The position numbers and the translations under genes are program-made. The notes beneath the pieces are model-generated. The model searched no databases. It was not told where the DNA came from and worked only from the letters and a program-made list of their open reading frames with translations. 64,000 bases of DNA from Thermoanaerobaculia bacterium. GTDB lineage: Bacteria; Acidobacteriota; Thermoanaerobaculia; Multivoradales; Multivoraceae. Numbering within the stretch: position 1 is the stretch's first letter; every line of letters starts with the position of its first letter. Shown in pieces: positions 35,229 to 44,077 of this stretch. Location of the stretch: NCBI GenBank assembly GCA_963666565.1, contig OY762911.1, positions 4,384,011 to 4,448,010 on the forward strand. Reading direction: 5' to 3'.

Positions 35229-36494
35229 TCAATCGGGAGGATTCGCGGCGAAGATGGTCAACCGCAGTTCATTGCCGAAGAGCTCGTACTCGGGGAGGCG
35301 GCCGGAGTGCTCCTCGCTGCGCCGAAGGATAACGTTCACCCCTTCGCCCCGGCGGTCCATGAAGGTCACTCGCGGCGACTCGAGAAACGGGATGTCGTCC
35401 GGAATCCGGCAGCGCGCGAGGATGCTCGTCACCGTCCCGTTGCGCGAGTACTGACGATACGCGAGATCCGCCAACTCCATTCCGTTCGGCGGGGCGCCGG
35501 GCGAGTAGAGTTCCAGCCGGTCATCGAACATTCGAAGCCGGATTCGGGACCCATAGACCGAGTAGTCGCGGTGCGCTACCGCGTTGACCAGCGCCTCCAG
35601 CACGGCGGCCATGTCGTACTGGGGAATGTCGTGCCGTCCGATCGTCTTGCGGGCGGCCACGCGCTGGTTGCGGGCCACGAACCTGCAGGCGAGTTCGACC
35701 TGCCGGTCGAGTGAGCCGTGACAGTCCGCCGCGTCCAGTTGGTAGTTGGCGGCCGAAAGCGCGTCACCGATGCTCCCGCCACGATAAGCCACTGCCTGAA
35801 CGTAGAAGTTCGGGAACCACCGCTCGGACTCCGTGGAGGCGACCAACACTCCGGCCAGGGTGGGGACGAACGATCCGTCGTCAGCCTGCTTCGCGAGGCC
35901 CAGCTTCGAAGCCAGAACCTCCCGCGAGTCTTCGGTCCGCGGCGTTCGGAAACGATCCACCAGACCCGCGTCCAGGGCTTCGAAGGTCGCCCCCTCCACG
36001 ATTCCCTGATCGAAGGACGGAAGACGGGTCTGACTGCGCTCCTGGATCAGCCGCACCAGCACGTTCGGCGGGATGGCCATGGCCGAGTCGGCCTGGCGGC
36101 GGAAGTAGCCGCCCGGACTCTTGTGGAGGAAGAGGCTCGGCCGAACCTCGACAGCCACGACACACCGGAGCACGCCGTCCGCGTCGGGCAGTTCCAGGCT
36201 TTCGACCCGCACGTCCAGGGGCGGGTCGATCGAATCCCGGCTGATCTCCCGCACGAAGCCCACGACCTGGCCAACGCGCTCGGTCGGAATCCCGACGATC
36301 TCCCGGGTCCGATCCTCGACGCCGAGAACGAGCATGCCCCCATAGGCGTTGGCGAAGGCGGCCAGGTCGTCACTCAAGTCGCTCCGGCGGGGCCCCTTGA
36401 TCTTCCCACCGGCGAAGACGACCTCCTTCAGCTCCAGGTGGCTGTCCTCGGCACGCCGGATCCTCGCCAGCAGTTCGGCCAGGCTCTCAGGCAT
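35229..36494 (-). CDS. AlbA_2/Schlafen-like DNA-binding domain protein with C-terminal ATPase-like domain (COG2865-like)
   Basis: N-terminus EDSHLELKEVVFAGG..LSDDLAAFANAYGGMLVLGVED (AlbA_2 pattern). C-terminal LEALVNAVAHRDYS..RIRLRMFDDRLELYSPG (HATPase_c_4-like). Confidence 0.55.
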   Translation of the reverse strand: MPESLAELLARIRRAEDSHLELKEVVFAGGKIKGPRRSDLSDDLAAFANAYGGMLVLGVEDRTREIVGIPTERVGQVVGFVREISRDSIDPPLDVRVESLELPDADGVLRCVVAVEVRPSLFLHKSPGGYFRRQADSAMAIPPNVLVRLIQERSQTRLPSFDQGIVEGATFEALDAGLVDRFRTPRTEDSREVLASKLGLAKQADDGSFVPTLAGVLVASTESERWFPNFYVQAVAYRGGSIGDALSAANYQLDAADCHGSLDRQVELACRFVARNQRVAARKTIGRHDIPQYDMAAVLEALVNAVAHRDYSVYGSRIRLRMFDDRLELYSPGAPPNGMELADLAYRQYSRNGTVTSILARCRIPDDIPFLESPRVTFMDRRGEGVNVILRRSEEHSGRLPEYELFGNELRLTIFAANPPD

Positions 36495-36524
36495 CTTGCT
36501 GTTCCCGGCACAAGGCGGAAGGCC

Positions 36525-37595
36525 TCACCGCTGTTGCTCGACCTGGTCGCCCAGGAGGTTGGTGAGCAGGTCGGCCAGGCGGTAGCCGGCGAGGGCGGCG
36601 CGCTGCAAGGAGATGCCGTAGGCCCGGTCGGCGTAGGCGTTCGACGGCGCTTCGCCCCGTTCGAGGTCGGGGGGATAGAGCGATTCGCGGACGATCCGGT
36701 TCGACTCTCTTGCCCAGGCCTCGAAGTCGCCCGACTTGAGGTTCGCGCGGACAGCATCGTCGAGCGGGTAGCGGCCGCGAGCCTCGGCGGCGACCCGGTC
36801 CTTGTGGGCCTCGTACTCGCGGTCGCGGGCCTCTCCGAAGGCCCTCCAGAACCGCTCGGGCAGCGGCTCGCCGGCTCGGGATGCGAATCCGGCGAGCGCC
36901 TGCCGCCGGTGCTCCGCCCTGAACCGGCCGTCGAGGGCGCCGTCCCAGAAGGCGTGGAGGTTGCGGTTCCAGTCGTCGAGCGCGAAACCGTTGCCGCCGC
37001 GGTCGCCTTCGCGCTCGTCCGGCCGGGAGGTGACCCGCGACGCTGCGTGGAGCGGCTGGTGCACGTCGCCGACGAGGTGGAAGATCCAGGCCAGGTGGAT
37101 GGCGCGCTTGCCTGGACGCCCGGACGTGTCGGCGACGGACCGCGCAAGCTCGACCAACTGGCTCACCGCGTTGGGCTCCGCTACCGGCAGGCCCGTGTCG
37201 TGCGCCGACCCGTCGGCGCCCTGGCGCCAAGTCCACCCGATGTAGTGCCAGGTCGGCCGGTTGTACTTGTCGAGCTGCCGCGCCAGATCCGGCCAGTAGG
37301 CGGCGCGCTCGAACAGGAGCCGGTCACCGTCCTCGGCGCTTTCGGCGTCCCCCAGCCGATACGCGAACCGCCCGCAGCCCCGGCGGCGATCCTGGTTCAG
37401 GTCGAGACAGTGCATCAGGCTGTCTCCGGGCGCCTGCCTGAACAGGGCCAGGACCCGGCTCCGAACCTCCGGCTCCAGTTCCTGCCACGCGATCCGCGCC
37501 ACGACCTCGTGGCCGAAATCGTTCCAGGCGTGGCTCGGAGGGGCGGCCGTCAGACTGGCCACAAGCATGGTCAAGGCGACTTGTCGGAAGAGCAT
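36525..37595 (-). CDS. secreted S1/P1-family nuclease
   Basis: ATG 37595. Signal peptide MLFRQVALTMLVASLTAAPPSHA, then WNDFGHEVVARIAW, HLVGDVHQPLHA and GGNGF..NLHAFWDG (zinc ligand motifs of S1/P1 nucleases). The rest of the 1243-aa ORF-track entry is antisense artefact. Confidence 0.75.
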   Translation of the reverse strand: MLFRQVALTMLVASLTAAPPSHAWNDFGHEVVARIAWQELEPEVRSRVLALFRQAPGDSLMHCLDLNQDRRRGCGRFAYRLGDAESAEDGDRLLFERAAYWPDLARQLDKYNRPTWHYIGWTWRQGADGSAHDTGLPVAEPNAVSQLVELARSVADTSGRPGKRAIHLAWIFHLVGDVHQPLHAASRVTSRPDEREGDRGGNGFALDDWNRNLHAFWDGALDGRFRAEHRRQALAGFASRAGEPLPERFWRAFGEARDREYEAHKDRVAAEARGRYPLDDAVRANLKSGDFEAWARESNRIVRESLYPPDLERGEAPSNAYADRAYGISLQRAALAGYRLADLLTNLLGDQVEQQR

Positions 37596-37661
37596 GAGAG
37601 GAGTGTACAGACGTTGATAAAGTGCGCGCCGGTCCGGCCCCTGGCAGAAGCTCCGCGCACC

Positions 37662-39188
37662 GTGCTCCACGTTCAGAACTTCACGCTCTACGACGTTCTC
37701 GTCCGCAACGCGACGGCGTTCGGCGACCGGCTCGCGCTGGTCGCGGAGGACGGCGAGGAGCGGAGCTTCGCGGAACTTCGGGGCCGCGTCGACGCCCTCG
37801 CCGCGGGGCTCGACGGTCTCGGCCTCGCGGCCGGCGACCGGCTCGCGGTGCTCGCCCAGAACTCGGCGGCCTACGTCGAGTTGTACTTCGCGTGCGCCCG
37901 CCAGGGCATCGTCGTCTACCCGATCAACTGGCGCCTCCAGCCGGGCGAGATCGAGATGCTGGTCCGCGAGCGGGCGAAGCCCCGGGCCTTCGTTGCCGGC
38001 GCGGACTTCCTCGACGCCGTGCCCGGCGGCCCCGGCGACGACGCGATCCCCCACTGGTTCCAGTTCGGCGACGATCCTGCGGCCGGCTACGGCGCCCTCG
38101 ACTCGCTCTACGACGCGGACGCGGCCAACGACCTGCCGCGGCCCAGCGTCTCCGCCGGCGACCCGTTCGCCGTCATCGCGACCGCCGCCGTCGACGTCAT
38201 CCCGCGCGGCGCCCTGCTCAGCCACTCGAACCTGGTCTGGGCCAACCTGCAGGAGATCGCGTCGCTGGGCCTCGACGGCTCGGACCGCAACCTGGTCGCC
38301 CTGCCGCTCTTCCACATCGCGGCGCTCGGCCACCTGCTGAGCGTCTTCCACGCGGGCGGCGCCAACGTGGTCACGGCGAAGTACGACCCGGTCCAGGCCG
38401 TCGACCTGATCGACCGCTACGCGATCACGATGATCAGCGACTTCCCGCCCGTTCTCGCGACCCTGCTCGACGCGGCGGCCGAGGCAGGCACCCGCCTGCC
38501 GAGCCTTCGCCACGTCACCGGCCTCGACTCGCCGGACACGATGCAGCGGCTCCACGACGAAACGGACGCCACCTTCTGGGCCGGCTTCGGCCAGTGCGAG
38601 ACGAGCGGCTTCGTCACCATCCAGAACGCCCGCGAGCGGCTCGGCTGCGCCGGCAAGGCGGCCGAACTCTGCACCGTCCGCCTGGTCGACGACGACGACC
38701 GCGAGGTGCCGGCCGGCGAGGACGGCGAGATCGTCGTGCGCGGGCCTCTCGTCTTCCTGGGCTACGACGGGCAGCCCGACGTCACCGCCCACACCTTCCG
38801 CGGCGGCTGGCACCACACGGGCGACATCGGCCGCTTCGACGAGGAAGGCAACCTGTTCTACGTCGCCCGCAAGCCCGAGAAGGAACTCATCAAGCCCGGC
38901 GGCGAGAACGTCTACCCCGCCGAGGTGGAGGCCGCGATCCTCGAACTCGACGCCGTGCGCGGAGTCTGCGTCTTCGGCGTAGGCGACGACCGCTGGGGCG
39001 AGGCGATCCGCGCCGTCGTCGAGGCCGCTCCGGATGCCGGTCTCGACCGGGAGTCGGTGCGCGAGCACGTCGGTTCCCGCATCGCCCGGTTCAAGCGGCC
39101 GCGCGACGTCATCTTCACCGGCGAGTTGCCCCGAAGCGGCGACAAGATCGACCGCGCCGCGGTCAAGGACCGCTGGGGAGACGCCTAG
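37662..39188 (+). CDS. AMP-dependent synthetase/ligase family protein with a degenerate phosphate-binding loop
   Basis: GTG 37662. Motifs AGFGQCETSG (A5), WHHTGDIGRFDEEGNLFYVAR (A7), KPGGENVYPAEVE (A8) and LPRSGDKIDR (A10). At the A3 position it has VIATAAVDVIPRGALLSH instead of the T-S-G-T-T-G-x-P-K-G pattern. Confidence 0.7.
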   Translation: MLHVQNFTLYDVLVRNATAFGDRLALVAEDGEERSFAELRGRVDALAAGLDGLGLAAGDRLAVLAQNSAAYVELYFACARQGIVVYPINWRLQPGEIEMLVRERAKPRAFVAGADFLDAVPGGPGDDAIPHWFQFGDDPAAGYGALDSLYDADAANDLPRPSVSAGDPFAVIATAAVDVIPRGALLSHSNLVWANLQEIASLGLDGSDRNLVALPLFHIAALGHLLSVFHAGGANVVTAKYDPVQAVDLIDRYAITMISDFPPVLATLLDAAAEAGTRLPSLRHVTGLDSPDTMQRLHDETDATFWAGFGQCETSGFVTIQNARERLGCAGKAAELCTVRLVDDDDREVPAGEDGEIVVRGPLVFLGYDGQPDVTAHTFRGGWHHTGDIGRFDEEGNLFYVARKPEKELIKPGGENVYPAEVEAAILELDAVRGVCVFGVGDDRWGEAIRAVVEAAPDAGLDRESVREHVGSRIARFKRPRDVIFTGELPRSGDKIDRAAVKDRWGDA

Positions 39189-39194
39189 CAGCTC

Positions 39195-40229
39195 GTGGCG
39201 AGAGCGCCGCGGGAAGCCGGTCCGGAACTGGTCGGGATCGAGAACGCGATCCTCGACCTGCTGGTCCGCGTGGAGGATCGGCACCTGGACGAGATGGGTC
39301 TCGACAAGGGGATCATGAAGCTCGTCGCCGCCGCTGAGCAGGAAGCGATCCTCGATCACGTGCTGAAGCGCGACGGCGAGGTCCTGCAACCCGAGATCGA
39401 GGCCGGCGGCTCCTGCGCCAACGTGCTGCGCGCCGCGTCCCTGCTCGGCGTCGACGCCAGCTACAGCTCGGCGGTCGCCGGCGACGACACCGGCCGCCTG
39501 TTCGAGCGCGGCCTGGAGGTGAGCCGGGTGCGCAACCGGCTGGCGCGCATCGACGGCGTCACCGGCACCTCGGTCGTGCTGGTCACGCCCGACGGCGAAC
39601 GGACGATGAACACCCACCTCGGCGTCTGCCGGCAGTACCGGCCGGAGCACGTGCCGGAAGACGAGATCCGGCGGTCGCGGATCTTCTTCACAACCGGCTA
39701 CATGTGGGACACCCCGAACCAGATCGACGCGATCGAGCACGCCATCGAGGTCGCCCGCGGCGCCGGCGTCAGGCTGGCGATCGACCTCGCCGATCCGTTC
39801 GCGGTCGGCCGCTCGCGGGACCATCTGCTGCGCCACAAGGAGCAAGGCTTCGACATCCTGTTCGCGAACGCCGAGGAGGCGCGGATGATGACCGGACTGG
39901 CGCCCGAGGCCGCGGTCCGCGAGCTGGCGGAGACGATCGGGGTGGTCGCGGTCAAGGACGGCGTGTGCGGCGCCTGGGTGCGCCGGGGCGACGAGGTCCA
40001 CCACGTGCCGGCGCACCGGGTGGACGTCGTCGACACGACCGGAGCCGGCGACTGCTTCGCCGCCGGATTTCTCCACGGCCTGCTGCGGGGTCTGCCGGTC
40101 CGGATCTGCTGCGAGGTCGGCATCGCGATGGCGGCGGATACGATCACCCATCTTGGGGTCAAGCTGTCGCCGGACATCCGGGAACGGCTGGCGGCGATCG
40201 AACGGCGGGAAGCTGCAGCGGTCCAATGA
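39195..40229 (+). CDS. PfkB-family carbohydrate/nucleoside kinase
   Basis: Lid GGSCANV; catalytic motif VVDTTGAGDCFAAGFLHG. Confidence 0.75.
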   Translation: MARAPREAGPELVGIENAILDLLVRVEDRHLDEMGLDKGIMKLVAAAEQEAILDHVLKRDGEVLQPEIEAGGSCANVLRAASLLGVDASYSSAVAGDDTGRLFERGLEVSRVRNRLARIDGVTGTSVVLVTPDGERTMNTHLGVCRQYRPEHVPEDEIRRSRIFFTTGYMWDTPNQIDAIEHAIEVARGAGVRLAIDLADPFAVGRSRDHLLRHKEQGFDILFANAEEARMMTGLAPEAAVRELAETIGVVAVKDGVCGAWVRRGDEVHHVPAHRVDVVDTTGAGDCFAAGFLHGLLRGLPVRICCEVGIAMAADTITHLGVKLSPDIRERLAAIERREAAAVQ

Positions 40230-40242
40230 CAGGAGAGACCAC

Positions 40243-42534
40243 ATGAGTCGGAACATCGTTTGCGTGCCCAGAGTGGAGCCGGCCTCTGGCCGGCGCGTTT
40301 ACTGGCCGCCTTCGGCGGCGGCGGGTCGGAAGACCCGCGCACCCAGGCGCGTTTACTGGCCGCCTTCGGCGGCGGCGGGTCGGAAGACCCGCGCACCCAG
40401 CGGCCTCGGACTTGTCGTCGCCGTTGCGCTGGCGGCGCCGGTCGCCGTCGCGGCGCAGGAGGACGCGAACCCGATCGAGCCGCACCACGTCGCCTCGCTG
40501 CGCAGCGTCGGCACGGTCGAGGTGTCGCCCGACGGCAGCCTCGCGGCCTACCTGCTGAGCGTCCCGCGGCGGCCGCTGGACGAGGAGAGCGGCGGCTCGT
40601 GGACCGAGCTGCACGTGCTCGACATGAGCGAACCCGGCTCGTCCCGGCCGTACGTCGCCGGCGAAGTCAACGTCGGGCGTCCCGCCTTCCGCGGCAACGG
40701 CGAGATCCTGTACACGGCCCGCCGCGGCTCGGACAAGGTCTCCGCCCTCTACGGCATCCCCGTCGGCGGCGGCGAGAGCCGCAAGCTGGTCGAACACGCG
40801 AACGGCGTCGGCGCCTGGGTCCTGTCGCCCGACGGCAGCCGGGTGGCGTTCCTGGCCCGCGAGGACACCGACAAGGAACTCAAGACGCTCCGCGAGAAGG
40901 GCTTCAACCAGGAGATCTACGAGGAGGACCGGCCCCTGACGCGGCTCTGGATCGCCGACGTTCCGGCTCTCGGCGCCGACCGCGGCGACGACGAAGCCAA
41001 GCCGGCCCTCGTCGAGTCGCTGGAGGGGCACGTCCTCTCCGCCGTCTGGAGCCCGGCGGGCGACCGGCTCGCCGCCGTCACCACGCCCACCGCGCTGATC
41101 GACGACTCCTACACGAGCAAATCCGTCACCGTCGTCGACGTCGCCGCCGGGGATTTTCCCGTCGTCTCGTCCGTGCGAGCGATCGGCAAGCTCGGCCAGG
41201 TCGAGTTCAGCCCGAACGGCGAGCAGGTCGCCGCGGTCTCGGCCGCCGACGTCAACGACCCCGCCGCCGGCAGGCTGATGTCGATCGGCGGCGCCGACGA
41301 CTTCAGCGACCTGCTGCCGGAGCTCGAAGGCCACGTCGCCTCCTTCGCCTGGGAGGACGACGAGAATCTGCTCTACGCCGCCTCCGTCGGCGTCTGGACC
41401 ACCCTGGGCAGGGTGTCCACGGCCGGCGAGGCGGAGACCCTGATCGAACCGGGCGGCCTGATCGTCCTCGCCTTTACGCTGCCCCGCGACGGCGGCCCGG
41501 CGGCTCTGGTCGCCGACAGCCCGGACCACCCGAGGGAGATCTACCGCTACGACCCGGCAACGCCGGAGGCGCCGCCCGTGCGGATGACGAACTCGAACCC
41601 CTGGCTCGACGACATCGACCTCGCCCGCCAGGAAGTCGTCCGGCACACGGCGCCCGACGGCCTGGAACTCGAAGGGCTGCTGATCCATCCCCTCGACTAC
41701 GAGGAGGGCCGGCGCTACCCGCTCATCCTGTTCGTCCACGGCGGCCCGGAGAGCCATCACAGCAACGGCTGGCTGACCAGCTACTCGAACTTCGCGCAAC
41801 TGGCCGCCGCCCGCGGCTTCGTGTCGTTCTTCCCGAACTACCGCGGCAGCACGGGGCGGGGCGTCGAGTTCTCGAAGCTCGGCCAGCACGCAGCCGCCGG
41901 CCCCGAGTTCGACGACCTGATCGTCGCGGTCGACCACCTGATCGAGATCGGCCTCGTCGACCGCGACCGGGTCGGCATCACCGGCGGCTCCTACGGCGGC
42001 TACGCGTCGGCCTGGGGCGCGACCTACTACTCGGACCGCTTTGCCGCGGCGATTCCCTTCGTCGGCATCTCGAACAACATCTCCAAGCTGGGGACGACGG
42101 ACATCCCGCTGGAGATGGAACTCGTCCACCACCGCACGACGCTCTGGGACGACTGGGACTACTTCGAGAAGAGCAGCCCCATCTACTACGTCAAGCGCAA
42201 CCGCACGCCCACGCTCATCCTGCACGGCAAGGAGGACCCGCGGGTCCATCCCGCCCAGTCGCTGGAACTGCACCGGCACCTGAAGTCCCTCGGCCAGGCG
42301 CCCGTGCGGCTGGTGCTCTACCCGGGCGAGGGCCACGGCAACCGGCGCTCGGCGGCCCGCCTCGACTACATGCTACGCACCCTGCGGTGGATGGAGCACT
42401 ACCTCCAGGGCCCCGGCGGCGATCCGCCGCCGCACGAGATCGACTACGCGGCCTACCTGCCCTGGGCGGACGACGACGGCGACGACGAGGAAGCCGACAC
42501 CCCGGACGCCGAGCCGACGGGCGGCGGCGAGTGA
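40243..42534 (+). CDS. S9-family prolyl oligopeptidase / acylaminoacyl peptidase-like serine protease
   Basis: AGGAGA 40231-40236 plus a 6-nt spacer precedes ATG 40243. The beta-propeller half is followed by VHGGPESHH, the nucleophile ITGGSYGGY, and LHGKEDPRV..GEGH. The first ~52 codons include two in-frame REP units ahead of the hydrophobic core LGLVVAVALAAPVAVAA. Confidence 0.8.
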   Translation: MSRNIVCVPRVEPASGRRVYWPPSAAAGRKTRAPRRVYWPPSAAAGRKTRAPSGLGLVVAVALAAPVAVAAQEDANPIEPHHVASLRSVGTVEVSPDGSLAAYLLSVPRRPLDEESGGSWTELHVLDMSEPGSSRPYVAGEVNVGRPAFRGNGEILYTARRGSDKVSALYGIPVGGGESRKLVEHANGVGAWVLSPDGSRVAFLAREDTDKELKTLREKGFNQEIYEEDRPLTRLWIADVPALGADRGDDEAKPALVESLEGHVLSAVWSPAGDRLAAVTTPTALIDDSYTSKSVTVVDVAAGDFPVVSSVRAIGKLGQVEFSPNGEQVAAVSAADVNDPAAGRLMSIGGADDFSDLLPELEGHVASFAWEDDENLLYAASVGVWTTLGRVSTAGEAETLIEPGGLIVLAFTLPRDGGPAALVADSPDHPREIYRYDPATPEAPPVRMTNSNPWLDDIDLARQEVVRHTAPDGLELEGLLIHPLDYEEGRRYPLILFVHGGPESHHSNGWLTSYSNFAQLAAARGFVSFFPNYRGSTGRGVEFSKLGQHAAAGPEFDDLIVAVDHLIEIGLVDRDRVGITGGSYGGYASAWGATYYSDRFAAAIPFVGISNNISKLGTTDIPLEMELVHHRTTLWDDWDYFEKSSPIYYVKRNRTPTLILHGKEDPRVHPAQSLELHRHLKSLGQAPVRLVLYPGEGHGNRRSAARLDYMLRTLRWMEHYLQGPGGDPPPHEIDYAAYLPWADDDGDDEEADTPDAEPTGGGE
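40292..40398. repeat. tandem array of 2 x 54-bp full REP units
   Basis: ggcgcgtttactggccgccttcggcggcggcgggtcggaagacccgcgcaccca occurs twice (starts 40292 and 40346). It is translated as [18 protein letters not shown] x2 in the peptidase frame. Confidence 0.95.
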
Positions 42535-42953
42535 GAGGACGGCTCGCGCTCGCCGGCTGTCTGACGCTGGGCACCGCCCTCGGATGCGGACAGGAGGCTG
42601 CCGAAACCGCGTCTCCCCGCGCCGACAGGGCCGACGAGCGGCCCGCGTGGAAGCCGCCCGCGCCGCCGCCGCCGCCGAAGCCCTGCGGGGTCGGCTGCAT
42701 CGAGGGTGAAGGCAACGCCGTCGTTCGCTTCCAGATGGCCGGCGGCGACCACACCCTGACCGCCAGCGTCGAAGGCAACAGCGGAGTGTTCTCCGTCGGG
42801 CCGCCAGTGGACCTCTCGCGCGACGCGGAGGAGTGGTCGGGCATCGCGACGTTCTTCGTGCCCGAAGCGGGCGTCAAGACGCTGCGGATACGGGCCACCG
42901 GCAAGTGGAGCCTGACGATCCTGAAGGGGAAGCAGTCCTATGCGGACGGCTAG
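42531..42953 (+). CDS. small lipoprotein of unknown function
   Basis: GTG 42531 overlaps the peptidase stop (GTGA). Lipobox LALAGC. 140 aa. Confidence 0.55.
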   Translation: MRGRLALAGCLTLGTALGCGQEAAETASPRADRADERPAWKPPAPPPPPKPCGVGCIEGEGNAVVRFQMAGGDHTLTASVEGNSGVFSVGPPVDLSRDAEEWSGIATFFVPEAGVKTLRIRATGKWSLTILKGKQSYADG

Positions 42954-43440
42954 ACTGGGCGTCCTCGCGCTGCTGGCGGCCGTGTGGCTCGCCCTGTCCG
43001 GGCCGTACACGGTTCACGAGTGGCTGATCCTCGTCTTCGGCGTCGTCTCGGTCGCCTTCGTCTGGCGCCTCTACCTGGCGCTCGAACGGGCGGCGGGCGG
43101 CGGTTCCGAGCATTTCCGCGCCTCGTCGTGGCTGCGGCTCCCGCGCTTCCTGGTCGCCTTCGCGATCAAGGTCGCGGCGGCGAACCTGCACGTGACGAAG
43201 CTCATCCTGTCGCCGAAGATCGAACTCCATCCGCGTCTCCGGCGCGTACACGCGAGCCAGAAGACGTCGTTCGGCCAGGTCCTCTACGCGAACTTCATCA
43301 CCCTCACGCCGGGGACGATCACGCTGGACCTCCGGAACGACGAGCTCCTCGTCTACGCCCTCGACGAGCAGAGCGAGGCGGACGTGATGGACGGGTCGAT
43401 CGACCGCGACGTGCTGCGGCTGGAAGGAGACGCCGGCTGA
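42940..43440 (+). CDS. mrpE: Mrp/Mnh-type cation:proton antiporter subunit E
   Basis: YANFITLTPGTITLD signature. It is the first gene of an overlapping eight-gene membrane cluster. Confidence 0.75.
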   Translation: MRTARLGVLALLAAVWLALSGPYTVHEWLILVFGVVSVAFVWRLYLALERAAGGGSEHFRASSWLRLPRFLVAFAIKVAAANLHVTKLILSPKIELHPRLRRVHASQKTSFGQVLYANFITLTPGTITLDLRNDELLVYALDEQSEADVMDGSIDRDVLRLEGDAG

Positions 43441-43721
43441 TGTTCGTGGCGGCGATGGCGGCGATCGTCGTGACGATGTTCCTGGCGCTCGCCCGCGCCG
43501 CGATCGGCCCCACCGTGTTCGACCGCATCCTGGCGGTCAACATGTTCGGGACGAAGACGGTGCTGCTGATCGCGGTCGCCGGCTTCCTCACCGAGCGTCC
43601 CGAGTGGCTGGATCTCGCGATCGTCTACACCCTCGTCAACTTCACCGGCACCCTCGCCGTGCTGCGGTTCGCGCGCTTCGGCAACCTTGCGCGGGACGAC
43701 CGGAAGGCCGACCGGCAATGA
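43440..43721 (+). CDS. mrpF: Mrp/Mnh-type antiporter subunit F
   Basis: ATG 43440 overlaps the mrpE stop (TGATG). 93-aa protein with three TM segments (GPTVFDRILAVNMFGTKTVLL..). Confidence 0.75.
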   Translation: MFVAAMAAIVVTMFLALARAAIGPTVFDRILAVNMFGTKTVLLIAVAGFLTERPEWLDLAIVYTLVNFTGTLAVLRFARFGNLARDDRKADRQ

Positions 43722-44077
43722 ACGGCGCGCTGGACATCGCGACGGCGGTCCTGCTGGTTGCCGGCGGCCTGTTCTGCATCGTCGGCGGCGTCGGCCTGCA
43801 CCGCTTCTCCGAGTTCTACCAGCGCACCCACGCCGCGAGCGTCGCGGACACCGCCGGCGCCGGGCTGATGCTGATCGGCCTGATGTTCCAGGGCGGCCTG
43901 TCCATGGTCACGCTCAAGCTGGTCCTGGTGCTCGCTTTCCTCCTGTTCAGCAGCCCCGCGATCGCGCACGCGCTGGTCAAGGCGGCTCACGGCCAGGGAC
44001 TGGCACTCGAGCTGGGGATCCCGAACAAGCCCGAGAGAAACGGCGAGCCGGAAGGGGACGGCGATGCCGCCGGCTGA
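43718..44077 (+). CDS. mrpG: Mrp/Mnh-type antiporter subunit G
   Basis: GGVGLHRFSEFYQRTHAASVADTAG..SSPAIAHALVKAA pattern. Confidence 0.75.
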   Translation: MNGALDIATAVLLVAGGLFCIVGGVGLHRFSEFYQRTHAASVADTAGAGLMLIGLMFQGGLSMVTLKLVLVLAFLLFSSPAIAHALVKAAHGQGLALELGIPNKPERNGEPEGDGDAAG

